Notes: generated from the letters alone by a model not told the origin. DNA of 64,000 nt from an uncultured cyanobacterium (GCA_963803805.1 CAWDOD010000003.1:96001-160000), one strand, 5' to 3'; shown: positions 21,179 to 32,731, counted from the first letter of the stretch. Program-made: numbers and translations.

Positions 21179-22507
21179 CTAGAAATCTTGTTGTGATGCA
21201 ACTTGACCATAAAGATCGTAAGTATCTGCATCAGTGATTTTGACGTTTGTAATTGAACCTAAAGGCGCTTGTCCTCGAACATAAACAAGCCCATCTACTT
21301 CAGGAGCAAAACGCGCCGAACGTCCAATTAGCTCTCCTGTTGTCGGGTTTTCCTGTTCTAACAACACAGGTACAGTTTGACCAATACAATTCTGATTTTT
21401 TTGTCTTGCTATAGGCTGTTGTAGCGCCATCAAAATATCCTTGCGTTCATCCATTACTGATTGGGGAATTTGGTGGGGAAGATTCCCAGCTTTGGTTCCT
21501 TCTTCAGCGGAGAAAGTAAACGCACCCAGGTGGTCAAATTCGTGACGTTTGACAAAATCTGTTAAGTGAGCAAAATGTTCTGGGGTTTCTCCAGGGAAAC
21601 CAACAATGAAAGTTGTCCGTAACACAGACTCAGGTAAATTTGTTTTGATTCTGTCAATAATTTCGTCATTAACCAACCCTTGCCAGGGTCGATTCATGGC
21701 TCTGAGTATTTCAGGATGAGAATGTTGCAAGGGCAAATCCAAATAGGGCAGGAAGTTAGGAGTTTCCTTAATGGCATCAATAACTTGTGGGGTCAATCCA
21801 GTAGGATAAGCATAGTGCATTCGCACCCAAGGTACATTGACCTTGCCTAACTCCCTTAAGAGCTGATCTAGTTTTGGTTCTCCATATAAATCCAAACCGT
21901 AGTTAGTTGTTATTTGGGAGATCAAAACTATTTCTTGAACCCCTTGAGCAGCTAACTGATGAGCTTCAGTAACAATGGATTCAATGGAGCGCGATCGCTG
22001 CTTACCTCGTAGCTGGGGAATAATGCAAAAAGAGCAACGGTAATCACATCCTTCTGCTACCCTCAAGTAGGCTACACCTTCTGTAGTAGTGCGGTAGCGG
22101 GGGGTAGCTTCATCAGCAATATAGGTTGGTTCTAAAGAAACTTCTTTAACCCGCTTTCCTGTTTCTACTTCTTCAATTACTTTAACTATCTTATTATAAT
22201 CTCCACTGCCCACTAAAGCTACTGCTTCTGGTAATTCATCTAATAATTGCTCTTGAAAATGCTGGGCCATACAACCAGCGATAACAATTTTTTTCTTGGC
22301 TTCTGCCAATTCTACTAAGGTGCGTACGGATTCTTCCCTAGCTGCTTGAATGAAACTACAGGTGTTAACAATGACATAATCAGCTAATTCTTCATTACTA
22401 TCCACTCCATAGCCAGCTTCTACTAGCATACCGAGCATATGTTCTGAATCTATACGATTTTTCTCGCAGCCTAAATGAGAAATTGCAATGTTTGGCTTAT
22501 TGCCCAT
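21179..22507 (-). CDS. rimO: Ribosomal protein S12 methylthiotransferase
   Basis: [23 protein letters not shown]-terminal TRAM domain (APEVDG). Confidence 0.96.
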   Translation of the reverse strand: MGNKPNIAISHLGCEKNRIDSEHMLGMLVEAGYGVDSNEELADYVIVNTCSFIQAAREESVRTLVELAEAKKKIVIAGCMAQHFQEQLLDELPEAVALVGSGDYNKIVKVIEEVETGKRVKEVSLEPTYIADEATPRYRTTTEGVAYLRVAEGCDYRCSFCIIPQLRGKQRSRSIESIVTEAHQLAAQGVQEIVLISQITTNYGLDLYGEPKLDQLLRELGKVNVPWVRMHYAYPTGLTPQVIDAIKETPNFLPYLDLPLQHSHPEILRAMNRPWQGLVNDEIIDRIKTNLPESVLRTTFIVGFPGETPEHFAHLTDFVKRHEFDHLGAFTFSAEEGTKAGNLPHQIPQSVMDERKDILMALQQPIARQKNQNCIGQTVPVLLEQENPTTGELIGRSARFAPEVDGLVYVRGQAPLGSITNVKITDADTYDLYGQVASQQDF

Positions 22508-22737
22508 ATATTTTTATATTTATTTTAACTTTTACTAGTATTGCTTGTTGTAGATGGCATTGTACAGGACTAATCTCAAGAGTCAAACTTTAGTCCGATT
22601 AGTTTTCCTTCAATTGTAGTTAACTTTGAGGTAAGCGTATTACTCGAAAAGACTTTCTCGCGCTATGGGACAATAATCACCATAATCAAATTTTGTATTT
22701 GTATAGCAAAAAATTAGCGCGGCATTAGGTAAATTAA

Positions 22738-23571
22738 GTGGACTTAAATCAGATTTTTCAAACTCACAATCCTATTATTGGTGTTGTTCATCTTTTACCT
22801 TTACCAAGTTCTCCTCGTTGGGGAGGTAATCTCAAAGCTGTTATTGCCAGGGCAGAGCAAGAAGCGACGGCTTTAGCAGCCGGGGGGGTTGATGGCATTA
22901 TTGTCGAAAATTTCTTTGATGCTCCTTTTGCCAAAAATAGAGTAGATCCAGCAGTGGTTAGTGCTATGACTTTAATTATTCAGCGCTTGATGAATTTAGT
23001 CACTCTTCCCATCGGCATCAATGTTTTGCGTAACGATGCCCAAAGTGGAGTGGCGATCGCCACTTGTGTTGAGGCCCAATTTATTCGCGTTAATATTTTA
23101 ACCGGAGTAATGGCTACAGACCAAGGAATAATTGAGGGTCAAGCGAGGGAGATTATGCGCTACCGTCGAGAATTAGATAGCGATGTTTACATATTAGCCG
23201 ATGTTCTAGTTAAACACGCTCAGCCTTTGGGAGCGCCCCATTTAACTACCGCAGTGAAAGATACTATCGAGCGAGGTTTAGCAGATGGCGTTATTTTATC
23301 TGGTTGGGCAACAGGTAGTCCCCCTACCATAGAAGATTTGCAGGTAGCCTCAGAAGCGGCGGGCAATACCCCGTTATTTATTGGTAGCGGTGCTAATTGG
23401 CAAAATATCTCCCAACTTTTACCAGAAGCCGATGGAGTAATTGTTTCTACTTCCTTAAAGCGTCGTGGCAAAATTGAAGAACCTATTGACCCCAATCGAG
23501 TTAGTCAGTTTATTGAAGCAGCACAAGAAAGTTTGTTACCGAACAAGGGAGTGGGGAGTAGTGTCGAGTAG
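22738..23571 (+). CDS. btpA: Photosystem I biogenesis protein BtpA
   Basis: GVVHLLPLP, VENFFDAPF, GINVLRND, ADVLVKH. Confidence 0.93.
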   Translation: MDLNQIFQTHNPIIGVVHLLPLPSSPRWGGNLKAVIARAEQEATALAAGGVDGIIVENFFDAPFAKNRVDPAVVSAMTLIIQRLMNLVTLPIGINVLRNDAQSGVAIATCVEAQFIRVNILTGVMATDQGIIEGQAREIMRYRRELDSDVYILADVLVKHAQPLGAPHLTTAVKDTIERGLADGVILSGWATGSPPTIEDLQVASEAAGNTPLFIGSGANWQNISQLLPEADGVIVSTSLKRRGKIEEPIDPNRVSQFIEAAQESLLPNKGVGSSVE

Positions 23572-23673
23572 GGGTGGCAAGAAGATTAGCAACTAGCCAT
23601 TAGCCATTAGCCATTACCAATTGCTAAAATCGAAAGCAAAACTCAAACCTCTCAATCTTTATTAACAAATTAT

Positions 23674-24654
23674 ATGAATACTAGCCGCCGACGTTCTACT
23701 CCCTGGATTCATCGTTGGTCTCGTCCTATTATCGGTGCGATCGCTATTTTAGGTGCAATATTAACAGCTTATTTAACAGTAATTGCCTTTCAAGGTGGTC
23801 AAGTAGCCTGTGGTACAGATGTCGCGGCGGCTGGGGGAGGATGTAATGATGTTCTCTCTAGCGATTATGCCAAAATATTTGGTTTACCTTTACCTCTATT
23901 TGGCTTGATGGCATACATTAGCATGGCTATTTTTGCCCTCACCCCTTTAGCTGTTAGCGCTGACATGAAAAGGCAGTTAAGGAAAAAAATAGAGAACTGG
24001 AGTTGGTTGTTTCTTTTAATTGGGGCAACCTCTATGGCAGTTTTTAGCGGTTATTTGATGTATGTACTCGCCTTTAAGCTCCAAATCCCTTGTCTTTACT
24101 GTATAAGTTCAGCAATTTTTGCCCTAACTTTGTTTACCTTGACGGTACTTGGTCGCGAATGGGACGATATTGGACAAATTCTTTTTACTAGTTTGATTGC
24201 TGGGATGGTAACTATCGTTGCTACTTTAGGTGTGTATGCTAACGTGAATAGTTCGGTTACAGCTTCAGCAGAGGAAGGAGCAATTCCTCAAGTTACTACT
24301 AGTCCAGTTCCCCCCTATGGTTGGAAAATTACCACTAAATCTGGTCCTTCAGAAATTCAGTTAGCCAAGCATTTAACAAAAGTTGGGGCAGTAAAATATG
24401 GCGCTTTTTGGTGTCCTCACTGTTACGAACAAAAACAGTTATTCGGCGAAGAAGCTTTTAAATCAATTAATTACGTTGAATGTGCTGAAGGAGGCAAAGA
24501 TCCTCAACCCCAAAAGTGTTCTGCTGTAGGACTCAAATCTTTCCCCACTTGGGAGATTGATGGGGAAATTTATCCAGGAGTCCAAACTTTAGAAGAGTTA
24601 GCGGAACTATCTGGCTATAAAGGACCAAAGGACTTTAAATACACTTTACGTTAG
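23674..24654 (+). CDS. VKOR-thioredoxin fusion disulfide-bond formation protein
   Basis: VKOR cysteines (C...GCNDVLSS, CLYC) plus Trx-like YGAFWCPHC and FPTW. Confidence 0.92.
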   Translation: MNTSRRRSTPWIHRWSRPIIGAIAILGAILTAYLTVIAFQGGQVACGTDVAAAGGGCNDVLSSDYAKIFGLPLPLFGLMAYISMAIFALTPLAVSADMKRQLRKKIENWSWLFLLIGATSMAVFSGYLMYVLAFKLQIPCLYCISSAIFALTLFTLTVLGREWDDIGQILFTSLIAGMVTIVATLGVYANVNSSVTASAEEGAIPQVTTSPVPPYGWKITTKSGPSEIQLAKHLTKVGAVKYGAFWCPHCYEQKQLFGEEAFKSINYVECAEGGKDPQPQKCSAVGLKSFPTWEIDGEIYPGVQTLEELAELSGYKGPKDFKYTLR

Positions 24655-24662
24655 CAGGGCAA

Positions 24663-25529
24663 CTATTGAAACCTTTTTTTCCATTGAGTTGTAGGCTCTA
24701 AGGGACTAGTTTGTTGTTCTTGTTGTCTTCTGTGCTTAATAATTTCCGGGGTATCTTTTAATTGCGGATCGCGATAGGGAACAGCAGCGCGGGTTTGTAG
24801 ATGTTGTTTTTCTTTGGTGGATAAAGGATAATTCTCATTTTCTTGCCAAGTAGCGATCGTACCAGGAGATCGCCTCCCTGAAGCGAAAGGTGGAGTTGAA
24901 CCGATTTGTAAACCAGCTAAACTAAGAGCTTTGCGCACTGAAGCCGCAGATGAGTAGGTAGCTAATTTACCTTGAGGTTGCAAAATAGAGGCAACTAATC
25001 CTAAAAATTCTACCGTCCAAAGTTGAGGACATTTGGGATGGGAAAAAGGATCGAGGAAAATGGCTGCTGCTTTAAAGCCTGAATTATCAACCTGAGTGAT
25101 TGTTTCCCTGGCATCACCAATAATTAACTGCCCTGTCAACCTAGAAGTCTTTACTTGGTGTTTAATTGCCAACTTTTGCAATAATTTAGGAATCGGCGAT
25201 TGCCACTGATTAAGTAACTGATGCTTAAGCGCTTGGTAAGGTACTCTAGGATCTGCTTCTAAAGCAATCAACTCCACAACACAATGAGAATTTATTTGCC
25301 AAATAGTTTCTAAAGCGGCAGCGGTGTTATAACCTAATCCATAACAGATATCGAGTAATGTTAAGGAAGGTTGAATAGCTTTTTGGGCTAACTGACAAGG
25401 AATAACAAATTTCCCTAAAGCTTCTTGTTTGGCCCCATAATGAGAATGAAATGCTTCGCCAAATTTCGGAGAAAAGAAAGTAAAAGAACCATCTCCAGTA
25501 AGTTGAAGTGCAAAAGAATCATTGCTCAT
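24663..25529 (-). CDS. MnmC-family methyltransferase (methyltransferase domain only)
   Basis: TGDGSFT, DICYGLGYN, FLDPFS..KCPQLW, LATYS. Confidence 0.85.
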   Translation of the reverse strand: MSNDSFALQLTGDGSFTFFSPKFGEAFHSHYGAKQEALGKFVIPCQLAQKAIQPSLTLLDICYGLGYNTAAALETIWQINSHCVVELIALEADPRVPYQALKHQLLNQWQSPIPKLLQKLAIKHQVKTSRLTGQLIIGDARETITQVDNSGFKAAAIFLDPFSHPKCPQLWTVEFLGLVASILQPQGKLATYSSAASVRKALSLAGLQIGSTPPFASGRRSPGTIATWQENENYPLSTKEKQHLQTRAAVPYRDPQLKDTPEIIKHRRQQEQQTSPLEPTTQWKKRFQ

Positions 25530-25546
25530 TGTTCAACGATAAATGT

Positions 25547-26170
25547 TTAATGATTTTCCGCTACTTCTTTTAATTTTAGATAAAACTCGGAACCGTCGGG
25601 AGGTGGGTTAAATTGATCGATAGGACTTGGAGTTGCTTCTTCTTCAGAAGATGTTGCTGTGGTAACAGAAGAAGGAACTTTGACTTGTTCTTCTTCTGTT
25701 AGTTGTTTAATCTCAACACTAGGAGATGTATCAGCTTTTTGTTTATCTCCGTTAGATTCAATAACTGTTTTGGTCGTTAGTTCTGTTTTAGGTACAGGAG
25801 AATAAGTCCTACGTTGACTTTTTTCGCTCACTAAACAGGTAATAGCCCCTAATTTCCCTTTGTTAGAGCCGGAATTTGCAACTAAATCTCTTGGTAACTT
25901 GCGACAAATTAAGGCTTCAAATTCGTGGTTAAAGTGATAGCTAGCTTGTCCTTTACGCTGCCATAATTGTAAAATTTGCTCAACAGAAATAGCTTTATAG
26001 CGCCCTTGATATAAAGATTCTATAACTGCCAAACGTATCCAACTTGCTTGATACTTTTGTTGCCATTGCTCAACTAAATCTTGGGCTGGATATCCTCTCA
26101 TCTCAAACCCGTAGTGACTAAGTAAAGCCTCTGCTTGGGTGAGTTTTGAGTCTATTTTTGGCTCGGTCAT
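25547..26170 (-). CDS. ftn6: Ftn6-like cell division protein (DnaD-like N-terminal domain)
   Basis: WIRLAVIESLYQGRYKAISVEQILQLW...HFNHEFE resembles the Ftn6 N-domain as recalled; low-complexity C-terminus. Confidence 0.55.
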   Translation of the reverse strand: MTEPKIDSKLTQAEALLSHYGFEMRGYPAQDLVEQWQQKYQASWIRLAVIESLYQGRYKAISVEQILQLWQRKGQASYHFNHEFEALICRKLPRDLVANSGSNKGKLGAITCLVSEKSQRRTYSPVPKTELTTKTVIESNGDKQKADTSPSVEIKQLTEEEQVKVPSSVTTATSSEEEATPSPIDQFNPPPDGSEFYLKLKEVAENH

Positions 26171-26418
26171 GAAATTTCACTTAGGATACCAAGTTGGAGA
26201 TTAGTGAGGTGTAGATGAGATAGTTTTTTTATATCCCGTGTCCTTACTATTGTCAATATCAAAGAAAAGTGCTATCCAAGTGGAAAGCAATAAGTGAATA
26301 TGCTTTGAGACGAAGAACTTTAAATTAGATACAAAAACTAAGGAGATAGTTTCCGAGATTCTCTAAGTGTAGAGTTAATATACTATCCTAATCTCAATCC
26401 TTTTTCCTCTTCATTAAG

Positions 26419-28476
26419 TTAGGTAGTAGCACTAATGTAAGGAGAGTCAAAACTTCTAACTTGGCCTCGATATGCCAATCCTTGATAAACCATAGCTGTC
26501 GCTTCAGCCCTTGTGGCTTCCCTAAGATCGTCGATTTGTCTGGGGTTGGGGTAGTTAACTACAATTCTAGCTTTTGTAGCTGCTGCGGTCGCAGCTAGGG
26601 CATAGGAGGGTATATTATAACCATCTTCATAATAATCAAGAATTTTTTCATCAGCTTGGGGCAAAGCTAAACCACTAGCCAAAGAAACAATTAAATGGAT
26701 GCGACGCAGATTTTGATTAGGGTGGAAAGTTTGATCTGGGAAACCGGAAATAAAACCGGCGCGGTAAGCTTGTTGAATGGCACTACTCCCCCAAAAATCA
26801 TAGGGAACATCAATGAATTGAGTGGCTGGGCGAATTGGTTGAGGATTAAAAACACTGACTAATAAAGCAGCATATTGAGCGCGGTTAATGAGGGTATCAG
26901 GTTTATAACTACCATCAGCTAAGCCCCGAACCAAATTCATTTCCCCAAGGCGACTAATAAATTCTTTTGCCCAATGTTGTTGAATGTCGGTAAAGGAAGG
27001 AAGATCAATATCTGGGGCGACAATATAAGGAGAATTGGTTACTTGGGCTGTGCCAGTTGCCACTAAAGCTTGATAAATTAAAGCTGCTACCTCCGCCCTA
27101 GTGATATCTCGCATTGGCTCTAAGCGGGAAGTTTGGGGATAGTTAACCACCAAACCCTGTTGGGTAGCAGTAGCTAAAGCGTTGGTAGCATAACTAGGAA
27201 TTGCGACGCGATCGCTATAGGACAAAAGGAGGTTAGAATTGCCTCCTACTAGCCCTAAACCACTAACTAAAGAGACAATAGCCTGAATCCTAGTTAAGTT
27301 GTTTTGGGGGCGAAATGTGCCGTCACCGAAACCAGAAATAAAGCCCATAGCCGCAGCTTTTTGAATGGCGTTAAAGGCCCAAAAATTACTCTTGACATCC
27401 TTTAACCAAGTTCCCGCAGCCACTTTTCGGGGCAAATCAAAACTTTTAGCAATTAAAGCAGCATATTCAGCCCTAGTTAAGTTATTTTGGGGGCGAAATG
27501 TGCCATCAGGAAAACCACTAATACTGTCTTGATCCACTAACCTAGAAATAAAAATTTCTGCCCAATGTCCAGAAACATCACGAAAATTGCCAGGGCCCAA
27601 AGGTGAAGTACTTACTTTGGTAGCAACGAAAGATATTTCTCCTTCTACCTTCGCTGGATTAAGTTGATTCCCCGCCGAAATGAGATTAAGTTTAGTTTCT
27701 TGACGCAAATCGGGAGTATTATCCCGGAGAATGTTCCCGGCAGGATCTTGAGAATTACCAAAATCTGGTTGGGCATCCCCTGTCACCACTAAACCACCGC
27801 TACTATTTTTCTCCATTAAATTGCGACGTAGTACGGGGCGGCTATGGCGAGAAAGATAAATACCAATGCGGTTATTAATTAACTTGTTTTCGGCGATTAA
27901 AGGAGCGCTATTATCACTTATGGTAATGCCATAGCCTGTTTCCTGGAAAGTATTACGCCGCACTTCCCCTTTCGCATTACGTACTAAAAATATGCCCGCA
28001 GACCCATTGTGAATAAACAGATTGTCTTGAATAACTGGCTTACTTTTACCTGTAACAAAAATTCCCTCACGACCGCAATTTGTAAAGGTGTTGCGGATAA
28101 TTATTGGAGAAGCTGATTCAAGCCAAATCCCTGTTCCTTTATTAGCTTGATTGGTAACTGTTACCCCCCTTAACTGGGACTCATCTTCCAATAACAGCAA
28201 CACATTTTGTCTTTGGAAAGTAGGACTAATATACTGACCACTGCCAGAAATAATCACCCCTTTTCCTTCGGTAGACTCATTACCTAAAACAACAATACCT
28301 TTAGGAATCTTGAGAGGAAACACTTCCCCATTAGCTGCATCATAGGTTCCCGTAGCCAACTGGATCGCTGTTTCTCCAATACTCCGACTCAGGGCTTTGG
28401 TTAAGGTTTTTAAAGGAGAAACAGCACTACCAACGGCATTGTCTTTACCTGTAGCGGGGTTAACGTAAATAGTCAC
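26419..28476 (-). CDS. DUF1565 beta-helix protein with SLH domains
   Basis: IYVNPATGKD...GEVFPL N-terminus, parallel beta-helix repeats, repeated GFPDGTFRP...TRAE SLH motifs. Confidence 0.88.
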   Translation of the reverse strand: MTIYVNPATGKDNAVGSAVSPLKTLTKALSRSIGETAIQLATGTYDAANGEVFPLKIPKGIVVLGNESTEGKGVIISGSGQYISPTFQRQNVLLLLEDESQLRGVTVTNQANKGTGIWLESASPIIIRNTFTNCGREGIFVTGKSKPVIQDNLFIHNGSAGIFLVRNAKGEVRRNTFQETGYGITISDNSAPLIAENKLINNRIGIYLSRHSRPVLRRNLMEKNSSGGLVVTGDAQPDFGNSQDPAGNILRDNTPDLRQETKLNLISAGNQLNPAKVEGEISFVATKVSTSPLGPGNFRDVSGHWAEIFISRLVDQDSISGFPDGTFRPQNNLTRAEYAALIAKSFDLPRKVAAGTWLKDVKSNFWAFNAIQKAAAMGFISGFGDGTFRPQNNLTRIQAIVSLVSGLGLVGGNSNLLLSYSDRVAIPSYATNALATATQQGLVVNYPQTSRLEPMRDITRAEVAALIYQALVATGTAQVTNSPYIVAPDIDLPSFTDIQQHWAKEFISRLGEMNLVRGLADGSYKPDTLINRAQYAALLVSVFNPQPIRPATQFIDVPYDFWGSSAIQQAYRAGFISGFPDQTFHPNQNLRRIHLIVSLASGLALPQADEKILDYYEDGYNIPSYALAATAAATKARIVVNYPNPRQIDDLREATRAEATAMVYQGLAYRGQVRSFDSPYISATT

Positions 28477-28626
28477 TTCTGTTCTATATCTCTATCTTTA
28501 GGGGTTTTTGTCTTCTTTTTGGTAGTTTATCTATCCTAGAGAAGTAGGAAATATTAGCCATAAACAATGAGACTTTAAAATATACCCAACTTTTAACCCA
28601 CTTATCTCACTTATAAACTTTTCAAC

Positions 28627-29586
28627 ATGATTGAAGTTGAAGATTTGGGGAAAATCTACGGTTCAACCCCAGCCATTAAAGATGTCAGTTTCTGCGTCGA
28701 GGAGGGAGAAATTCTCGGCTTCCTTGGACCTAATGGGGCAGGAAAGACTACTACTATGCGGATTTTAGCAGGCTATTTACCTGCTACTAGTGGAACAGCC
28801 AGAATTGCCGGATACGATGTTCGTCAACAGTCTATGGAAGTGAGGAGGCGGATTGGTTATTTACCAGAAACCCCTCCTCTTTACCAAGATATGACGGTGG
28901 AAGGTTTTTTACACTTTGTTACACGCATTAAAGGGATAGTTCCTGGCGATCGCGCTACTAAAGTCAATTCTGCTATTCATCGCTGTGGCCTCAAAGATAA
29001 AGGCAAAGTTCTTATTCGCAAACTATCTAAAGGTTATCGCCAAAGGGTAGGCATCGCCCAAGCTATTGTTCACAACCCTCCGGTAATTATTTTAGACGAG
29101 CCAACAGTAGGTTTAGATCCCCGGCAAATTATTGAGGTACGCAACTTAATTAAAAGTTTAGGGGGGCAGCATACCATCATCCTTTCGACTCACATCTTGC
29201 CAGAAGTAAGTATGACCTGTAACCGGGTAGCAATTATTAACCGAGGCAAAGTTGCTGCTACCGATACCCCAGAAAGTTTACTAGCAAAGTTGACTGGTAA
29301 TTCCGGTTATGAAATTGAAGTAGACGGTAATGCCAAAGAAGTACAACCTTTATTACAAGTCATTCCGGGAGTTATTATCGTCGAGGTGGAACCACCCCAA
29401 CAAAAGAGCGATCGCTCTTTAATTAATATTATCTCCGCTCCTAATTCTGAACCAGGAAGAGATATTGCTGCGGTGATTGTTGGTGCAGGTTTAGGTTTAT
29501 ACGAAATGCGACGTACTCAACCAACCTTAGAAGATGTATTTTTAGAACTGACAACCCAGGAAGAATCAGTTATCAGTTATCAATGA
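28627..29586 (+). CDS. ABC transporter ATP-binding protein (GldA-like)
   Basis: GPNGAGKT, LSKGYRQR, LDEPT. Confidence 0.93.
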   Translation: MIEVEDLGKIYGSTPAIKDVSFCVEEGEILGFLGPNGAGKTTTMRILAGYLPATSGTARIAGYDVRQQSMEVRRRIGYLPETPPLYQDMTVEGFLHFVTRIKGIVPGDRATKVNSAIHRCGLKDKGKVLIRKLSKGYRQRVGIAQAIVHNPPVIILDEPTVGLDPRQIIEVRNLIKSLGGQHTIILSTHILPEVSMTCNRVAIINRGKVAATDTPESLLAKLTGNSGYEIEVDGNAKEVQPLLQVIPGVIIVEVEPPQQKSDRSLINIISAPNSEPGRDIAAVIVGAGLGLYEMRRTQPTLEDVFLELTTQEESVISYQ

Positions 29587-29649
29587 TGTCTACGATCAGG
29601 GCAAGCCCTACAATAATTTAGTTATCAATGTTCAATTTTCAATCTTCAT

Positions 29650-30453
29650 ATGAAAACAATTTTTGCCAACATTATTGCTATCTACCGTAAAGAATTACAA
29701 GGTTACTTTGCTTCTCCTTTTGCTTATATTGTTGCCGGGATCTTTTGGCTATTATCAGGCTTCTTTTATATTTATATACTCTTTGCCCCAGAAGCAGGAT
29801 TAATTCAAGCAGCCGCAGCAAAAGATCAAACTGGTTTTCCTCCTGGGGCTTTGGATGTTGCCTATGAGTTTTTAAGAGCTTTTTTAAGTGTTTTAGGTTC
29901 CTTGATTTTATTCTTGCTGCCTATACTTTCTATGGGTCTTTATGCCGAAGAACGTAAACAAGGTACTTTAGAATTATTGGCTACTTCTCCCCTAACTAAT
30001 TGGGCTGTTGCTACAGGGAAACTTTTAGGAGTAGTTACCTTTTTTGTCACCATGATCATTCCTTTGCTAATCTATGAAACTATTACTTTGAATTCTGCTG
30101 AACCTCCGGCACCAATAGGAGTTACTATTATTAGTCATTTAGGTTTGATTTTATTAGCAGCCGCCATACTATCATTAGGAATGTTTATTTCTTCCCTTAC
30201 TGACAGTTCAATTATTGCCGCCATTGTCACCTTCGCTTTGATTTTTTTCCTATGGATAATTGATTTAATCGGCGAAAGTATTCAGGGGAATGTAGGTGAT
30301 ATCCTTGAACATCTTTCTTTACTTAAACATTATAATAATTTAGTTCAAGGGACTTTTGACACAGGCAGTATTGTTTTATTAATTAGCTATATCTTTTTAG
30401 GGGTTTTTCTCACGGCCCAATCTATAGAAAACTTTCGTTTCCATCGTTCCTAA
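29650..30453 (+). CDS. ABC-2 permease (GldF-like)
   Basis: KELQGYFASP, AEERKQGTLELL, six TM segments. Confidence 0.9.
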   Translation: MKTIFANIIAIYRKELQGYFASPFAYIVAGIFWLLSGFFYIYILFAPEAGLIQAAAAKDQTGFPPGALDVAYEFLRAFLSVLGSLILFLLPILSMGLYAEERKQGTLELLATSPLTNWAVATGKLLGVVTFFVTMIIPLLIYETITLNSAEPPAPIGVTIISHLGLILLAAAILSLGMFISSLTDSSIIAAIVTFALIFFLWIIDLIGESIQGNVGDILEHLSLLKHYNNLVQGTFDTGSIVLLISYIFLGVFLTAQSIENFRFHRS

Positions 30454-30522
30454 TTGGTGGAAGCGGGGTAAGTAATAAGTTTTGAACATACTATTCCCTT
30501 ACCTATTTCCTTTAAAGAATAA

Positions 30523-32076
30523 ATGACCAAAATGCTTAAATCTCAACAACAATACTTTAAATATCTATTTTTATTTGGTCCGTTTTTATTCACTGCGGCT
30601 TTAGTAGCTGGATTGATTTCTGGGAGTTGGTCTTCTCTCACCTTGATTTTATTAACTTTTGGACTAATCATTAGTATCGCCGGACTATTTTTTTTCGCCC
30701 CAATATCTTCTGGTTTTTGGGGCCGTCATTCCACAAAAGTTAGTACAAACGCCTTAATTTCCACCTTGGCAATCTTAATTATTTTAGGAATAATTAATTT
30801 CCTCGCTGTACGCTACGGGCCAAAAATCGATTTAACAGAAAATAAAATACTTACCCTTGCTCCCCAAACCCAAGAAGTTCTGCAAAAATTAGAGCAACCT
30901 GTTAAAGTCATTATCTTTGATCGTCAACTCCATCCTAGCGATCGCAACTTACTCAAAGATTATCAACGTGAAACCCCTAACTTCAGCTATGAACTAGTAG
31001 ATCCGCAAATTAATTTAGGACTAGCCAAACAGTTTGAGTATCAGTCCCCTGGAGAAGTACATTTAAGCTATGGAACTAAAAAACAATTAGTACAAACAAT
31101 AAACGACAATACCGCACTTTCTGAAGCTTCTTTAAGCAATGCTATAGAAAGAATTCAAAAAGATACCACCCCCAAAATTTACTTCTTGCAAGGCCATGGA
31201 GAACTTTCCTTAGAACCCGGGGCGGGAGGACTTTCCCAAGCCGTAACTAGCTTGGATGAAAAAGGTTATCCTGCTGCTCCCTTAACTTTAGCTGATAGCC
31301 CTGAGATTCCTGAAGATGCAACCACCGTAATTATTGCGGGGCCGCAACGTCCCTTATTTACTGAAGAAGTAGCTGCTTTAAGGAAGTATCTTAATAATGG
31401 CGGTAGCTTACTACTTTTGTTGGAACCTGATAGCAAAACCGGTTTAGACCCTTTACTTAAAGAATGGGGGGTGGTTTTAGACAACCGCTTAGTTATTGAT
31501 GCTTCAGGAAATGGCCGTTTAATTGGTTTAGGGCCAGATACCGCCCTAGTCGATAAATACGGCAACCATCCCATCACAGAGGACTTTAGCAACGGTATCT
31601 CCCTTTACCGTCTAGCTCGGACTGTAGACAGTACAGAAAAACCAGAAATTCAAGCCACAGCTTTATTAATAACCAATGAAGACACCTGGGCAGAAAGTGA
31701 GATCGAAGCTGGAGATGTAGCCTTTAACGAAGAAAGTGACCTCAGTGGCCCCTTAAACTTAGGCTATGCTTTTAGTCACAGTGATGGAGAAGAAGATCCT
31801 GAAGGTACTGCATCAAGATTAGTAGTAATCGGAGACTCAACCTTCGCTAGCAACGGTTGGTTTGAACAACATCTAGACGGGGATCTTTTCCTCAACTCAG
31901 TGAAATGGTTAAGTCAAGAAAAGCAAGAAACCCTTTCTATTAATGCTAAAGAACAAACTGAACGTCGTCTCAACCTCACCAAAATCCAAGCAGGTATTCT
32001 GGCTTGGAGTGCAATTTTAATTCTGCCTGTGTTGAGTTTTACTACAGCAGTCGTAGTTTGGTGGCGACGAAGATAA
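30523..32076 (+). CDS. GldG-family ABC auxiliary protein
   Basis: DLTENK, IYFLQGHGE, RLVVIGDS, C-terminal TM ending WWRRR. Confidence 0.88.
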   Translation: MTKMLKSQQQYFKYLFLFGPFLFTAALVAGLISGSWSSLTLILLTFGLIISIAGLFFFAPISSGFWGRHSTKVSTNALISTLAILIILGIINFLAVRYGPKIDLTENKILTLAPQTQEVLQKLEQPVKVIIFDRQLHPSDRNLLKDYQRETPNFSYELVDPQINLGLAKQFEYQSPGEVHLSYGTKKQLVQTINDNTALSEASLSNAIERIQKDTTPKIYFLQGHGELSLEPGAGGLSQAVTSLDEKGYPAAPLTLADSPEIPEDATTVIIAGPQRPLFTEEVAALRKYLNNGGSLLLLLEPDSKTGLDPLLKEWGVVLDNRLVIDASGNGRLIGLGPDTALVDKYGNHPITEDFSNGISLYRLARTVDSTEKPEIQATALLITNEDTWAESEIEAGDVAFNEESDLSGPLNLGYAFSHSDGEEDPEGTASRLVVIGDSTFASNGWFEQHLDGDLFLNSVKWLSQEKQETLSINAKEQTERRLNLTKIQAGILAWSAILILPVLSFTTAVVVWWRRR

Positions 32077-32104
32077 ATCATTGCTCATTTATCAAGAGTA
32101 GTAT

Positions 32105-32395
32105 TTAGTTAACTAAAGCCATCCTTAACAGGCCTTGCTGTCCAATGAGAATTTCTCTTAAGAGACTTAAAATTCCTACCCAGATAATGGGGCTGATATC
32201 TACTCCGCCAATAGGAGGAACTATTTTACGGGTAGGGATGAGGAAAATTTCTGTGGGTAAGGCAATCAGCTTAAAAGGAAAGCTGTTGAGGTTAACTTGG
32301 GGATACCAAGTGAGGATGATGCGAAAGATAAAAAATAAAGTCAGTATCCCCGACAACAGACTCAAAATCCAGATGGTTATGTTAAGAGGATTCAT
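32105..32395 (-). CDS. YggT family membrane protein
   Basis: RIILTWYP...PTE.FL.PTRKIVPPIGGVDISP; start moved to MNPLN. Confidence 0.88.
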   Translation of the reverse strand: MNPLNITIWILSLLSGILTLFFIFRIILTWYPQVNLNSFPFKLIALPTEIFLIPTRKIVPPIGGVDISPIIWVGILSLLREILIGQQGLLRMALVN

Positions 32396-32553
32396 AAATT
32401 TTTCAAAAAAGACAATATTAAACTTTGTAAACAAACCTGAGTTTATTTTATCTTTAATTTTGCTAAGAAAATGACAATTGACCAAAAACCAAGGCTGGAA
32501 ATGAGCTTGTGCCAATGTTTTCGCTCAAGTTGGCAAGAATATTTTCTTTTGAT

Positions 32554-32571
32554 GTGACAAACTATTACAAT
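32554..32571 (+). promoter_or_regulatory. Possible HLR1 (RpaB) site upstream of psbX
   Basis: GTGACAAA-CT-ATTACAAT, one mismatch per half-site to KTTACAWW-N2-KTTACAWW. Confidence 0.35.
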
Positions 32572-32611
32572 TAATAATCACAATAGTAAATCTTAAAATA
32601 GGGACAATTCT

Positions 32612-32731
32612 ATGACACCTTCTTTAGCAAACTTTTTCTACAGTCTACTTGCTGGCCTTTTAATCGTGGTTGTTCCCACATTAGTAGGTTTGGTCTTTAT
32701 CAGCCAAGCAGACAAAGTGAAGCGTTCCTAA
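32612..32731 (+). CDS. psbX: Photosystem II protein X
   Basis: Hand translation MTPSLANFFYSLLAGLLIVVVPTLVGLVFISQADKVKRS. Confidence 0.96.
   Translation: MTPSLANFFYSLLAGLLIVVVPTLVGLVFISQADKVKRS

Noticed and set aside
28627..32076. Gld-like ABC genes as a gliding-motility system
   Set aside because: The name comes from Bacteroidetes homologs; no other gld/spr genes are present, so this is treated as a generic ABC-2 system.
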